Below, piece after piece: positions 15,729 through 24,300 of a stretch of 37,079 bases of DNA (its first letter is position 1; each line of letters starts with the position of its first letter). A program made the translations under genes and the position numbers. The DNA is taken from contig JAFGIQ010000148.1 in the NCBI GenBank assembly GCA_016929575.1, positions 1 through 37,079 of the forward strand. Direction: 5' to 3'. The DNA is from a candidate division FCPU426 bacterium. Lineage in GTDB: Bacteria > Oederibacteriota > JAAXVQ01 > JAUVAV01. Under the pieces are notes generated by a model. That model was not told the DNA's origin and made no database searches. It worked only from the letters and a program-made list of their open reading frames with translations.

Positions 15729-17033
15729 TTACTGCCGTTCAACAATGGTGGACATCAAATCCGCTTCGCATACCAAATCCTCGCCGACAAAGGCCCGGCC
15801 GTGCATGCGCGCAACCCTGGAGCGGATTTTTTCCACCTCCAGCTCAAAACGCAGCTGATCACCGGGATAGACCGGTTTGCGAAATTTTACATTGTCTATA
15901 CCCATAAACAACACCACCTTTTCCTGCGCATCCGGCTGGCTTTTCATGAGCAGCACCCCGCCGCATTGCGCCATGGCTTCCACAATCAGCACTCCCGGCA
16001 TGATGGGATGCCCCGGAAAATGCCCCTGGAAAAACTGTTCGTTCATGCTTACATTCTTTATCCCAACCACCCTTTTTCCCACTTCCAAATCAATCACCCG
16101 ATCCACCAACAACATGGGATAGCGGTGAGGCAGCATCTGTTCTATTTCCCTGGCTTCAATAATCAATTTTCCCTCCCCCCTTTCTCCGGTATTTTCGCGC
16201 TGCATTTGTGCCTTTACAGCGTGCACAAAACGTGTGTTCATTTCATGCCCCGTGCGTCTGGCGACAAAATGGCCTTCTATTCTTTTGCCTAAAAGGGCCA
16301 AATCGCCTATAAAATCCAGGATTTTATGCAATGCCAGTTCGTGTGGGTGGCGCAGGCTCGTATTGACGGGGCCTTCCTTGCCAATGACCACCGCATTCTC
16401 CTGCGTGCCTCCTTTTGCCAACCCCTGCTCCCGCAACCATTGCACTTCATGCTCCATGCAAAAAGTCCGGCAGGGGGCCACCAATTTCTGAAAGGTCTCC
16501 GGCGTGAGATCAACATCCACTCTCTGGGATTCCAGCCAGGGGTGGTCATATTGCAGAAAATAACTGATGCGTAACCCCGGATATGGCCAGGCGACAATGT
16601 CCTTTTCCCCGTCGCGCAGCACTATCGGAGACTTCAGCCGATAGCTCTTTCTTTCGCTTCCCGGAATATCCTTGATACCAGCCGCCAGGAGGGCTTCCAC
16701 AAAGGGACGGGAAGAACCATCCATGATCGGGGGTTCAGGGGTATCAAGCTCAATATAACAATTATCAATCCCCAATCCGGACACTGCCGCCAGGATGTGT
16801 TCAATCGTATTGACCTCCACCCCCTTATCCCTGAGCGTGGTTCCACGCACGGTCTGCGATACGATTTCCACCCGCGGATGAATTTGGGGCTCCCCGGGAA
16901 GGTCCTTGCGGATAATGACATATCCTGTGTCTGCAGGGGCCGGTGCAAAGGTTATCGTGGAAGGAGTACCCGTATGCAATCCCACTCCCGACAAAGTGGC
17001 GGCTGCGGCCATGGTCCGCTGGCAAGTAACCAT
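15729..17033 (-). CDS. lpxC: Bifunctional LpxC (UDP-3-O-acyl-GlcNAc deacetylase) / FabZ (3-hydroxyacyl-ACP dehydratase) fusion
   Basis: 434-aa ORF. The N-terminal approximately 280 aa are LpxC-like (GVGLHTGTPSTITFAPAPADTGYVI, HKILDFIGDLALLG). The C-terminal approximately 150 aa are a FabZ hot-dog domain (LPHRYPMLLVDRV, FFQGHFPGHPIMPGVLIVEAMAQ). Confidence 0.93.
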   Translation of the reverse strand: MVTCQRTMAAAATLSGVGLHTGTPSTITFAPAPADTGYVIIRKDLPGEPQIHPRVEIVSQTVRGTTLRDKGVEVNTIEHILAAVSGLGIDNCYIELDTPEPPIMDGSSRPFVEALLAAGIKDIPGSERKSYRLKSPIVLRDGEKDIVAWPYPGLRISYFLQYDHPWLESQRVDVDLTPETFQKLVAPCRTFCMEHEVQWLREQGLAKGGTQENAVVIGKEGPVNTSLRHPHELALHKILDFIGDLALLGKRIEGHFVARRTGHEMNTRFVHAVKAQMQRENTGERGEGKLIIEAREIEQMLPHRYPMLLVDRVIDLEVGKRVVGIKNVSMNEQFFQGHFPGHPIMPGVLIVEAMAQCGGVLLMKSQPDAQEKVVLFMGIDNVKFRKPVYPGDQLRFELEVEKIRSRVARMHGRAFVGEDLVCEADLMSTIVERQ

Positions 17034-17035
17034 AC

Positions 17036-18100
17036 TTATGATTTCTCCAACTCCTTCAGCCGGGACTCCAAGTCCGCTACGCGCTTGCGCAATTCTGGCA
17101 GCCGGGCGGTTTCAGCCTGAAGGCGCAGGGACTCCTGATGAGGACGCGCCGGATACCCGGAGACAAAAACCCCGGCCGCGACATCCCGGGTAATACCCGC
17201 TTGGCCGCCCAATACCGCATTGTCCCCGATGTGGATATGCCCTTGGGTTCCCACTTGCCCGGCTATCATCACGTGCTTGCCTACTTTCGTACTGCCGCTT
17301 ATTCCTGCCTGCGCCGCCACCACGGTGTCTTCCCCGATCCAGACGTTATGCGCCACTTGAATAAGGTTGTCCAGCTTGGCTCCCCGCTGTATGCGGGTCT
17401 CCCCCAAGGCAGCGCGGTCGATGGTGGTGTTGGCGCCGATTTCCACGTCATCTTCAATGACCACTTTTCCGATCTGGGGTATTTTCAGGTATTTTTCGCC
17501 ATCCGGAGCAAAGCCGAAGCCGTCCGCCCCGATCGCCGCGCCCGGATGAATGATGACATGATTGCCGATGGATATCCCTTCCCTGATGATCACGCCAGGG
17601 TAGATGCGGCAATCATCGCCCACGGTCGATGCCTCCCCCACGAACACCTGCGCCACCAGCACCGTGCCCTGGCCGACACGCGCGCCTTTGCCAATCACGC
17701 ACAAAGGGCCGATGGCGGCACCTTCATGGATGACCGCTTCAGGATCCACGTAGGCGGTAGGATGAATGCCCGGGGGCGGCGACGGTTCCCGCGGGGCGAA
17801 GAGATAGACAATCTTGACAAAATCAAGATACGGATTCTTGCTCCACAAACAGGGGCGGCCATACGGCGTGTCCGGCGGCAGTATAACCGCAGCCGCCTTG
17901 GTATTTTTAAGCTGATCACGGTATTTTTTGTTCGCCAGAAAACTGATGGTTTGTGAATCCGCCTGTTCCAGCGCCCCCACCTTGGATATGACAATGTCCC
18001 CGGCGTTTTCCCCCTGCAACAAAGCCCCTGTATAGTCCGCCAGCTCCTTTAAGCTTTTTTCCGTTCCCATGGGCAGCATCCCTACCGCCGCGCAGATCAT
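17036..18100 (-). CDS. lpxD: UDP-3-O-acylglucosamine N-acyltransferase LpxD
   Basis: 354-aa ORF ending 2 nt before the lpxC::fabZ start. It has an N-terminal LpxD-type domain (LKELADYTGALLQGEN), long hexapeptide repeats, and a C-terminal helix. Alternative ATG starts lie at 18079 and 18070. Confidence 0.93.
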   Translation of the reverse strand: MICAAVGMLPMGTEKSLKELADYTGALLQGENAGDIVISKVGALEQADSQTISFLANKKYRDQLKNTKAAAVILPPDTPYGRPCLWSKNPYLDFVKIVYLFAPREPSPPPGIHPTAYVDPEAVIHEGAAIGPLCVIGKGARVGQGTVLVAQVFVGEASTVGDDCRIYPGVIIREGISIGNHVIIHPGAAIGADGFGFAPDGEKYLKIPQIGKVVIEDDVEIGANTTIDRAALGETRIQRGAKLDNLIQVAHNVWIGEDTVVAAQAGISGSTKVGKHVMIAGQVGTQGHIHIGDNAVLGGQAGITRDVAAGVFVSGYPARPHQESLRLQAETARLPELRKRVADLESRLKELEKS

Positions 18101-18112
18101 TCCCGGCGGAAT

Positions 18113-18622
18113 TTATTTTGCGTTTAACCTGTCCAGCACCTTGTAGGTGATATCATCGCCGTTATAATAGAGGATTGTTTCCTTGTCCAGCACCAGGTCG
18201 TACTTTTCCTTTTTGGCGATCTCCTCCACGATAGTCTTGACGTCATTGACGATGCCTTCCAACAGTGTTCTTTGCTTGTTCATCAGGGCGTTTTGCGTCT
18301 CCCGGTATTTTTCCCGGAAAATATCCTGTTTTCCTTCAAATTTTTCCGCCATTTTTTCGTACTTTTTTTCGGATACAATGCCCTTTTGCTTGTCCAAATC
18401 GTTCTTTTCTTTTTCCAGATCTTCGTTCATTTTTTTCAGTTCGTTCTTTTTATCTTCCAGTTCTTTCTCCAGGCGGGTTTGCGCTTCCTGTGTTTTTTTG
18501 TACTCCTTAACCACTTTGGCCGTGTCCACCACGGCTACCTTCGACCAAGCCGAGGTTGACAGTCCCAAAACCGCAACGGCCGCCAGCAGCCAAAAGCCGA
18601 GCATTGCTTTATTCCGCATCAT
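18113..18622 (-). CDS. skp: Periplasmic chaperone Skp/OmpH
   Basis: The ORF track gives 18113-18637. The AAGGAGG inside the first codons fits as the SD for the ATG at 18622, which gives MMRNKAMLGFWLLAAVAVLGLSTSAWS, a signal peptide. The mature part is a Lys/Glu-rich coiled coil typical of OmpH. Its position between bamA and lpxD is the classical one. Confidence 0.85.
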   Translation of the reverse strand: MMRNKAMLGFWLLAAVAVLGLSTSAWSKVAVVDTAKVVKEYKKTQEAQTRLEKELEDKKNELKKMNEDLEKEKNDLDKQKGIVSEKKYEKMAEKFEGKQDIFREKYRETQNALMNKQRTLLEGIVNDVKTIVEEIAKKEKYDLVLDKETILYYNGDDITYKVLDRLNAK

Positions 18623-18669
18623 TATTTCCTCCTTCAATTTTTTTCCCTAATCCCATGTATATATCATGT

Positions 18670-21048
18670 TTAAAAAATATTGCCAATGTTAAAGTGATAC
18701 TGCAGGGAAGGCGGGGTGCCGTCCGGATCTGAATCAAGGGGATAGCCAAAATCAAAGCGGATTAAAATAACGGTTCCAGGGACAGTAAGCCGGAAACCAA
18801 CACCAGCGCCTTTATACAAAGAAGGGTAATCCAGGAAAAACTTGTCATCCGGGTCCAGATTATCCCCTCGCTCAATGCCGCTCCAAACATTGCCGGCGTC
18901 AAAAAAGGCCACTCCTTTAAGCGGGCCTATGATGGGAAAATGCAGTTCAACATTACTGCCAATTTTAAACCGGCCTCCTCCTCCTGGCAGATCGCTGCCA
19001 AAATCACCCTCCCCGTAACCGCGCACCGAATCCGTGCCGCCCAGACGGTATCTCTCGTTGGGGGGAACATCCGTGAACCCGGTCACACCAAATTCAAATC
19101 CATGTGCATATCCGGTTTCGCCGTGAAGGGCCAGGACAATTTTCCATATCAGCGGCAGGTAATAGGTCGTGTCAAAATTATATTTCAAATAATTATTATC
19201 CCCGCCCAATATTCCTCCGGCAATTTCCACGGATAAACGCTGATACTGCCCTTTGCTGGGATCAAAAATATTATCGCGCGAGTCGTAAATAAGCGTGGGG
19301 ATCACTGAACTCGTATCGCTGCGCCCTTCCGCAAACACATCCGCCACCGAGCTGTCAAGATTTGAGTATTCATTGCTCTCCAGCTTATAGGTCAGGTATC
19401 CCTTCCATTGGTCGGTGAAGCGCCTGCCCAGGCGGATGTCTCCGCCCTGGGAGAGCAGATCGTAGCTCTGACCGGCATACCCCCTGTGTTTGTTGATGTT
19501 CCATACATCCACGCCAAAAGAAACAGGCGAATCAAAAAGCCAGGGTTCGGTGAAAGACATCTGCCAACTCTGGCGCAGGGATCCCAATTCCCATTGCAGA
19601 CTCACGGACTGGCCGTTGCCGAAAAGATTGGCCTGGGTTAACTGCAAGTAACCCATGAGATAATCCACCGAGGAATAGCCGGCCCCCAGACTGATCGTGC
19701 CGGTATGCCGTTCGTCCACTTCAAAAACCAAGACCTGCTCCGAGGGAGAAGAGCCTGGTTCGGTGTTGACTTTAACATCCTGGAAGAATCCCAGATTGGT
19801 TATTTTTTCGCGGGAGCGCTCAATTTTTCGGGAATCAAAAGGTTCGCCCGGTTTTACCACAATTTCCCGGCGGACGACTTTGTCCTTGGTTATGGTATTG
19901 CCGCGGATATCCACCCGCTCGACCCTGGCGATGGTTCCTTCACGCACAATAACCGTAATCAACACTGCGCCATCGTCATCGTTGTATTCCATTTCCGGCG
20001 AAACATCGGCGAAAATATACCCTTTTTCCGAATACGCCAACCGGATGCTGTGCAAATCCTTTTCAAAAGTCAGGCGGTTGAGAATCGCCTCTTTTTTCAG
20101 TTCCATACGGTTGAGCAGTTCTTCTTCGGAATAAATAATATTGCCCTTGATGGAAACCTCCGCCACCCGGTACTGAATGCCCTCCGTCACCTCCAGGGTA
20201 ATGGTCATTTCCTTTTTGATCTCATCCACATACAAGGCCCGGCGAATAATTTCCTGGCGTTTAAGATCCAGATCCTGCAGGCCAAATCCAAACAGTTTTG
20301 CCTTTAAATATCCTTCCATGGAATAGTACCAAAGCACTTTTTTCAAATCTTCAATGAAGGTCTCCTCTTTATAAATACCGCCGACAAACCAGCCGGCTTC
20401 CTTGGTCTCCATGACGCCTTTGATCTTGCCTTCGGAAAATGCCTGGTTGCCCGTGACTTTTATCTTGGTAATTTTCACTTTCGTGCCTTCATGGACATCC
20501 AAAGAAAGGACAACACCGCCGTCTTGCTGCTGCACCTCCTGGGTGACGACAGCCTGATAGTACTCTTTTTCCTTATAAAAATTCTCTATTTTTTTAATGG
20601 CCGTATCGACGGCAAAAGAGTCATAAGGGATTCTTTCCGCCAACCCCGATTCCTCCAGCAATTTTTTCTCATTAAAGGCCTGATTGCCCTTAAAATGAAT
20701 TTTCAGCAGCAAAGGTTTTTCTTGGACCGCAAGTAAAAGCCGGACGGTCCCGTCTGATAAAGGGATCAAGGAAAAAGAAATGTTTTCAAATTTTCCGGTA
20801 TCCCAGAGGTTTTTGAGGTCGTGATGGACGACAATGGTTGCGTCCTGGACTTCGGTGCCGGTTTTGACTTTCAGCCAGGAAAGGATGTCTTCCCCGGCAA
20901 TGGTCTGGTTTCCCTGCACGCGGATGTCCGAGATGATCTTTTGGTCAAAATTGGCAGCCAGAACCTGGCAGAAAAACAAAACGGCAAGCGCAATTTGGCA
21001 GACGGATATCTTAAAAAGCCTTAAAAACACAGGCTGTCTTTCCTCCAT
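18670..21048 (-). CDS. bamA: Outer-membrane protein assembly factor BamA (Omp85)
   Basis: 792-aa ORF with a signal peptide. POTRA-like repeats are present (IRVQGNQ..., IKVTGNQAFSE..., VSIKGNIIYSEEEL..., VDIRGNTITKDKVVRRE). The C-terminal Omp85 barrel ends ...YHFNIGNIF. A GTG at 21030 is an alternative start. Confidence 0.93.
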   Translation of the reverse strand: MEERQPVFLRLFKISVCQIALAVLFFCQVLAANFDQKIISDIRVQGNQTIAGEDILSWLKVKTGTEVQDATIVVHHDLKNLWDTGKFENISFSLIPLSDGTVRLLLAVQEKPLLLKIHFKGNQAFNEKKLLEESGLAERIPYDSFAVDTAIKKIENFYKEKEYYQAVVTQEVQQQDGGVVLSLDVHEGTKVKITKIKVTGNQAFSEGKIKGVMETKEAGWFVGGIYKEETFIEDLKKVLWYYSMEGYLKAKLFGFGLQDLDLKRQEIIRRALYVDEIKKEMTITLEVTEGIQYRVAEVSIKGNIIYSEEELLNRMELKKEAILNRLTFEKDLHSIRLAYSEKGYIFADVSPEMEYNDDDGAVLITVIVREGTIARVERVDIRGNTITKDKVVRREIVVKPGEPFDSRKIERSREKITNLGFFQDVKVNTEPGSSPSEQVLVFEVDERHTGTISLGAGYSSVDYLMGYLQLTQANLFGNGQSVSLQWELGSLRQSWQMSFTEPWLFDSPVSFGVDVWNINKHRGYAGQSYDLLSQGGDIRLGRRFTDQWKGYLTYKLESNEYSNLDSSVADVFAEGRSDTSSVIPTLIYDSRDNIFDPSKGQYQRLSVEIAGGILGGDNNYLKYNFDTTYYLPLIWKIVLALHGETGYAHGFEFGVTGFTDVPPNERYRLGGTDSVRGYGEGDFGSDLPGGGGRFKIGSNVELHFPIIGPLKGVAFFDAGNVWSGIERGDNLDPDDKFFLDYPSLYKGAGVGFRLTVPGTVILIRFDFGYPLDSDPDGTPPSLQYHFNIGNIF

Positions 21049-21179
21049 TTCATGGACCGCCCCGGTAAAAAACCGGGTTCCCGCTTCCTGATTTTATGTC
21101 CTGTTTATATTTACACCAAAGCCCACAAGCGGTTTGTTTTTGCGCCAAATCCTGCAAGCAGAGGTTAAAAATTCGACCG

Positions 21180-21208
21180 ATTCTATCAAAAGTCCCATAC
21201 GCCGTCAA
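21180..21208 (-). promoter_or_regulatory. Near-consensus sigma70-type promoter for bamA-skp-lpx genes
   Basis: On the minus strand the sequence reads TTGACG (21203-21208), a 17-nt spacer, then TAGAAT (21180-21185). This leaves a leader of about 125 nt before the bamA ATG. Confidence 0.55.
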
Positions 21209-21273
21209 GTTAATCTCAATGATCCCGTAATATAGCCATGCACATCCGGCAAAGGCGCCAAGTCCAGGCCGGG

Positions 21274-21322
21274 AATAAAAATCCAGGCACAGAATCCGAG
21301 AGTGCCGAAAATCTGTGCCTGG
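21274..21322 (-). terminator. Rho-independent terminator downstream of tamB
   Basis: The minus-strand RNA reads CCAGGCACAGA-(18 nt)-UCUGUGCCUGG, a perfect 11-bp stem (21312-21322 with 21283-21293). It is immediately followed by AUUUUUAUU (21274-21282), about 70 nt after the tamB stop. Confidence 0.7.
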
Positions 21323-21391
21323 TTCTACAAGAGGTGAAAGCATTTACGGTATTTCGTCATCCGTCAATGCATTTGACACGCGGGAGCCGAT

Positions 21392-24300
21392 TTAGTTCAT
21401 GATATTCTGGTGTATTATCGGAGTGGGGGTCGGCAACAAAGGCCGGGATTTTGTGGGTAAAACGGTCTTTTCCTCTTTGGTGTCTTTTTCAGGATTCCAG
21501 CCCTCAAATTGCACCCGCCCCTCGATGCCCCAGAACAACTCCTGATCGGAATCCACATCAAAATTTTTGTAAATCTTGAATTTTTTGGAAGAATCGAGGT
21601 TGTATTCCAAGCCCAGGTAGGACTGCCAGGCCAATCCGCCCTTCTCCTCCCCGCGGTCCTTTAAAATTCCCCGATAATTTAAAAAAAGATCATCTGTCAG
21701 ATACTTGCCCACGTCTATTTGGGTATCCTGCAATAGGCTGGTTCCGGTGATATCGGAATTCCCGCCGCTCTCCGCTGAAACGGTATTGCCGCCGGACATA
21801 ATATTATCGGCCAATTTTTCCACCCCTCCCAGACGAATGTCAATGACATCCAGCGGAGTGATTTTTTTAATGCTCTTTTCAATCTCCCTCCCGATCAGAT
21901 TTCCGGCCAGGCGTCCCAATACGCGTGCTCCGGCAGCCTGCACTTTTTGGTCTATCTGTTCCTGCGACCAGTTGGAATAATCCTCTCCCAGGGTGAGCAG
22001 GGACATGATCTGGGCCTGGGTCAGCGCCGGTTCTGATTCCAGGGTTATTTTTAAAGCGCCCAGGGCGCCTCTGACGCGCAAATAAATGGTCACATCCCGC
22101 GAAAGGCCTTCATCCTTGAGATGCACGTTGCGGATGACTGTTTTGGCCAGGGCGTCCAAGCGCGGTTTTTCCCTGCCCTGGCAGCTCAAGGCCGTCTCCT
22201 CATTGGGATCCAGGGTGAAGTCCGTTTCCAAATAAGTAAAGGATCCCTTGGAGACCATGACCCTCCCTTCCGCTGAAAACATATGCCGGTTGCCGTTTAA
22301 TACCACCGCCTGGTCGGGCTTTATTTGGGCGCGGACCATATCATTATAATACCAGATGTTTTTACGCGATATCATTTTGAATTGATCGTAGCCCATGTTG
22401 GAAGGTTTTGATTCCTTGGTAAACTTGGTTAACGCCTTCGCCGGAAAGGTGAACTGCCCGTCGGACAATTCCAGCGTCCCCCCCAAAACCGGCGATTCCA
22501 TGGTTCCGGCAAGGACAAGATTGACTTTGGCATCCGCCGTGACAAACTCAACATCCTCCGTGGTATCCAAGCGTATTGGTTTTTCCCCTGATTCCAGCCG
22601 CAGGTTGAGCTCGTGCGGTTGCAGGCGGCGGAAGACAGACACCCAATCCCCCGCAGGTCCCGGCATGATGAGCAGGCGGCCCTTGCCGATCCTCCCCTCC
22701 AATTTGTTCACATACATTTTGTTGTCCTCAAAGCGGATGTCCGCATCCAAATGGGTAATCTCAGGAGTATAGAGGCGCGGCCATAAAGTCCCCTTTTCCA
22801 CGCTGGCCCGGCCGTTTAAACTGGGATAATCCATGGTCCCTTTCACACGCAGGTCCAGCGTGCTTTTTCCAGTGGCATGGGCGAAATAAGGGATAAAAGT
22901 GATATACGACAAATCCCCTTCGGCCATCTTGACGCGCAGATCCATCTCCGCACCCTTGAGCGCTTCGGCTGCTTGGTCGGATTGCGGCAGCGGCAGCTTG
23001 CCGCTCAGCAGAATCGTATATTTTCCAAAGCGGCGTAAAACGCAGGAGCCTTCTGCTCCTACAAAATTCAGCCAATCATTATCGACCACAATCTGGCCGA
23101 AGAAAGTGTCAAACGGCAGGTTGAGCACGCTGCCGTTGTCAATCTTCACGTTGATATCAAACCGGGTTACGTGATTCGGATCCGTGTAGCGAAAACTGCC
23201 ACTGACCATTCCTGTCCAGGGTTGCGGCCACCCCAATGAACGCGCCAGGACGTCCGCCGGCACATTCTTCACCTTGACCAGCAAATCTGACTTTCCCTGC
23301 CCCTCAATTTTCCCCTGAACATCAACGTATACTTGCCGCTGGTCGGAAATGGTCAGGCGCCGGAATATGACATCCCCGCCCGGCGGCAACCCGAGATCTC
23401 CGTAGATTTGGTACGGATAGTCCGCCGGCGTTCGGATGGACAGGTTTTCGCCGTAATAACGGACATGGGCCCGAAAATCGTTGAAGGGATACAAATTCAA
23501 CTGAAAATCAGAGCTGGCCACCGCAAGCTGCAAATCAAAAGGTGATACCTCGAGCTTTCCCGCCACGGTGAAATGCCCGTGATACCGCCGCGAAAAAAAG
23601 AAAAAATTGTCCGCCAACAATTGGAGGGAAACGTCCAGCGAGCCATCCGCTTTTCTCAGGATCAAACCCTTTTCCGACTGCAAGCTTCCCCGGGGTTGGA
23701 TTCCGTGCAGCTCTGTGATAACGATATTGGTGCCGTTGCTTTCCCAGGCGGTTTTCAGGGTTTTAAAATTCCAGCGCCCAAAAATAAAATCAGTAAATTG
23801 AAGATTCCCCGCAAAATTATCCAGTTTGCCCTGTCCTCCGGCAAAGGCCAGCTGGCCGGTTATTATTCCCTGCGGGGCATGCTTGGGCTCGGCGAGCAGG
23901 AAAAGATCGAAAAGGGTCGGGGTGTTGATGTCCTGTAATTGCAGCTGCCCTTGGAAACGTTCCATTTTATTTTCCCGCGAAAGTTTCCCTCCCGCCTGTC
24001 CTTGTAATAAACCCTGCGCGGTCTCCAGACGCCAATTCACGCCGACCTGCTGGTCCTGTAAAGACGCAGTGACAATTCCGGTCACAAATTCGGTCAAGGC
24101 TTCGGGTTTGGAGGCAAATACCGTTCTTAACGCGCGTAGATTCGAGTGGGTAAACGCAATCTGCGCCTGTCCCTGCCTTACGCTGCCCAGGGAATACGCG
24201 CCGGAGCAGGAAAAATCTTTGCCCCAATAGAAATGGGTGAGTTTTACCTTGTTTCCTTCCAGCATGACTTCACCGTGTGCTGCCGGCAGCACCTGCCCGT

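Noticed and set aside
21050-21343. 97-aa minus-strand ORF between tamB and bamA
   Set aside because: It spans a strong rho-independent terminator and a near-consensus promoter. Its sequence is Cys/Trp/Tyr-rich with no recognisable fold signals. It is better explained as regulatory DNA.
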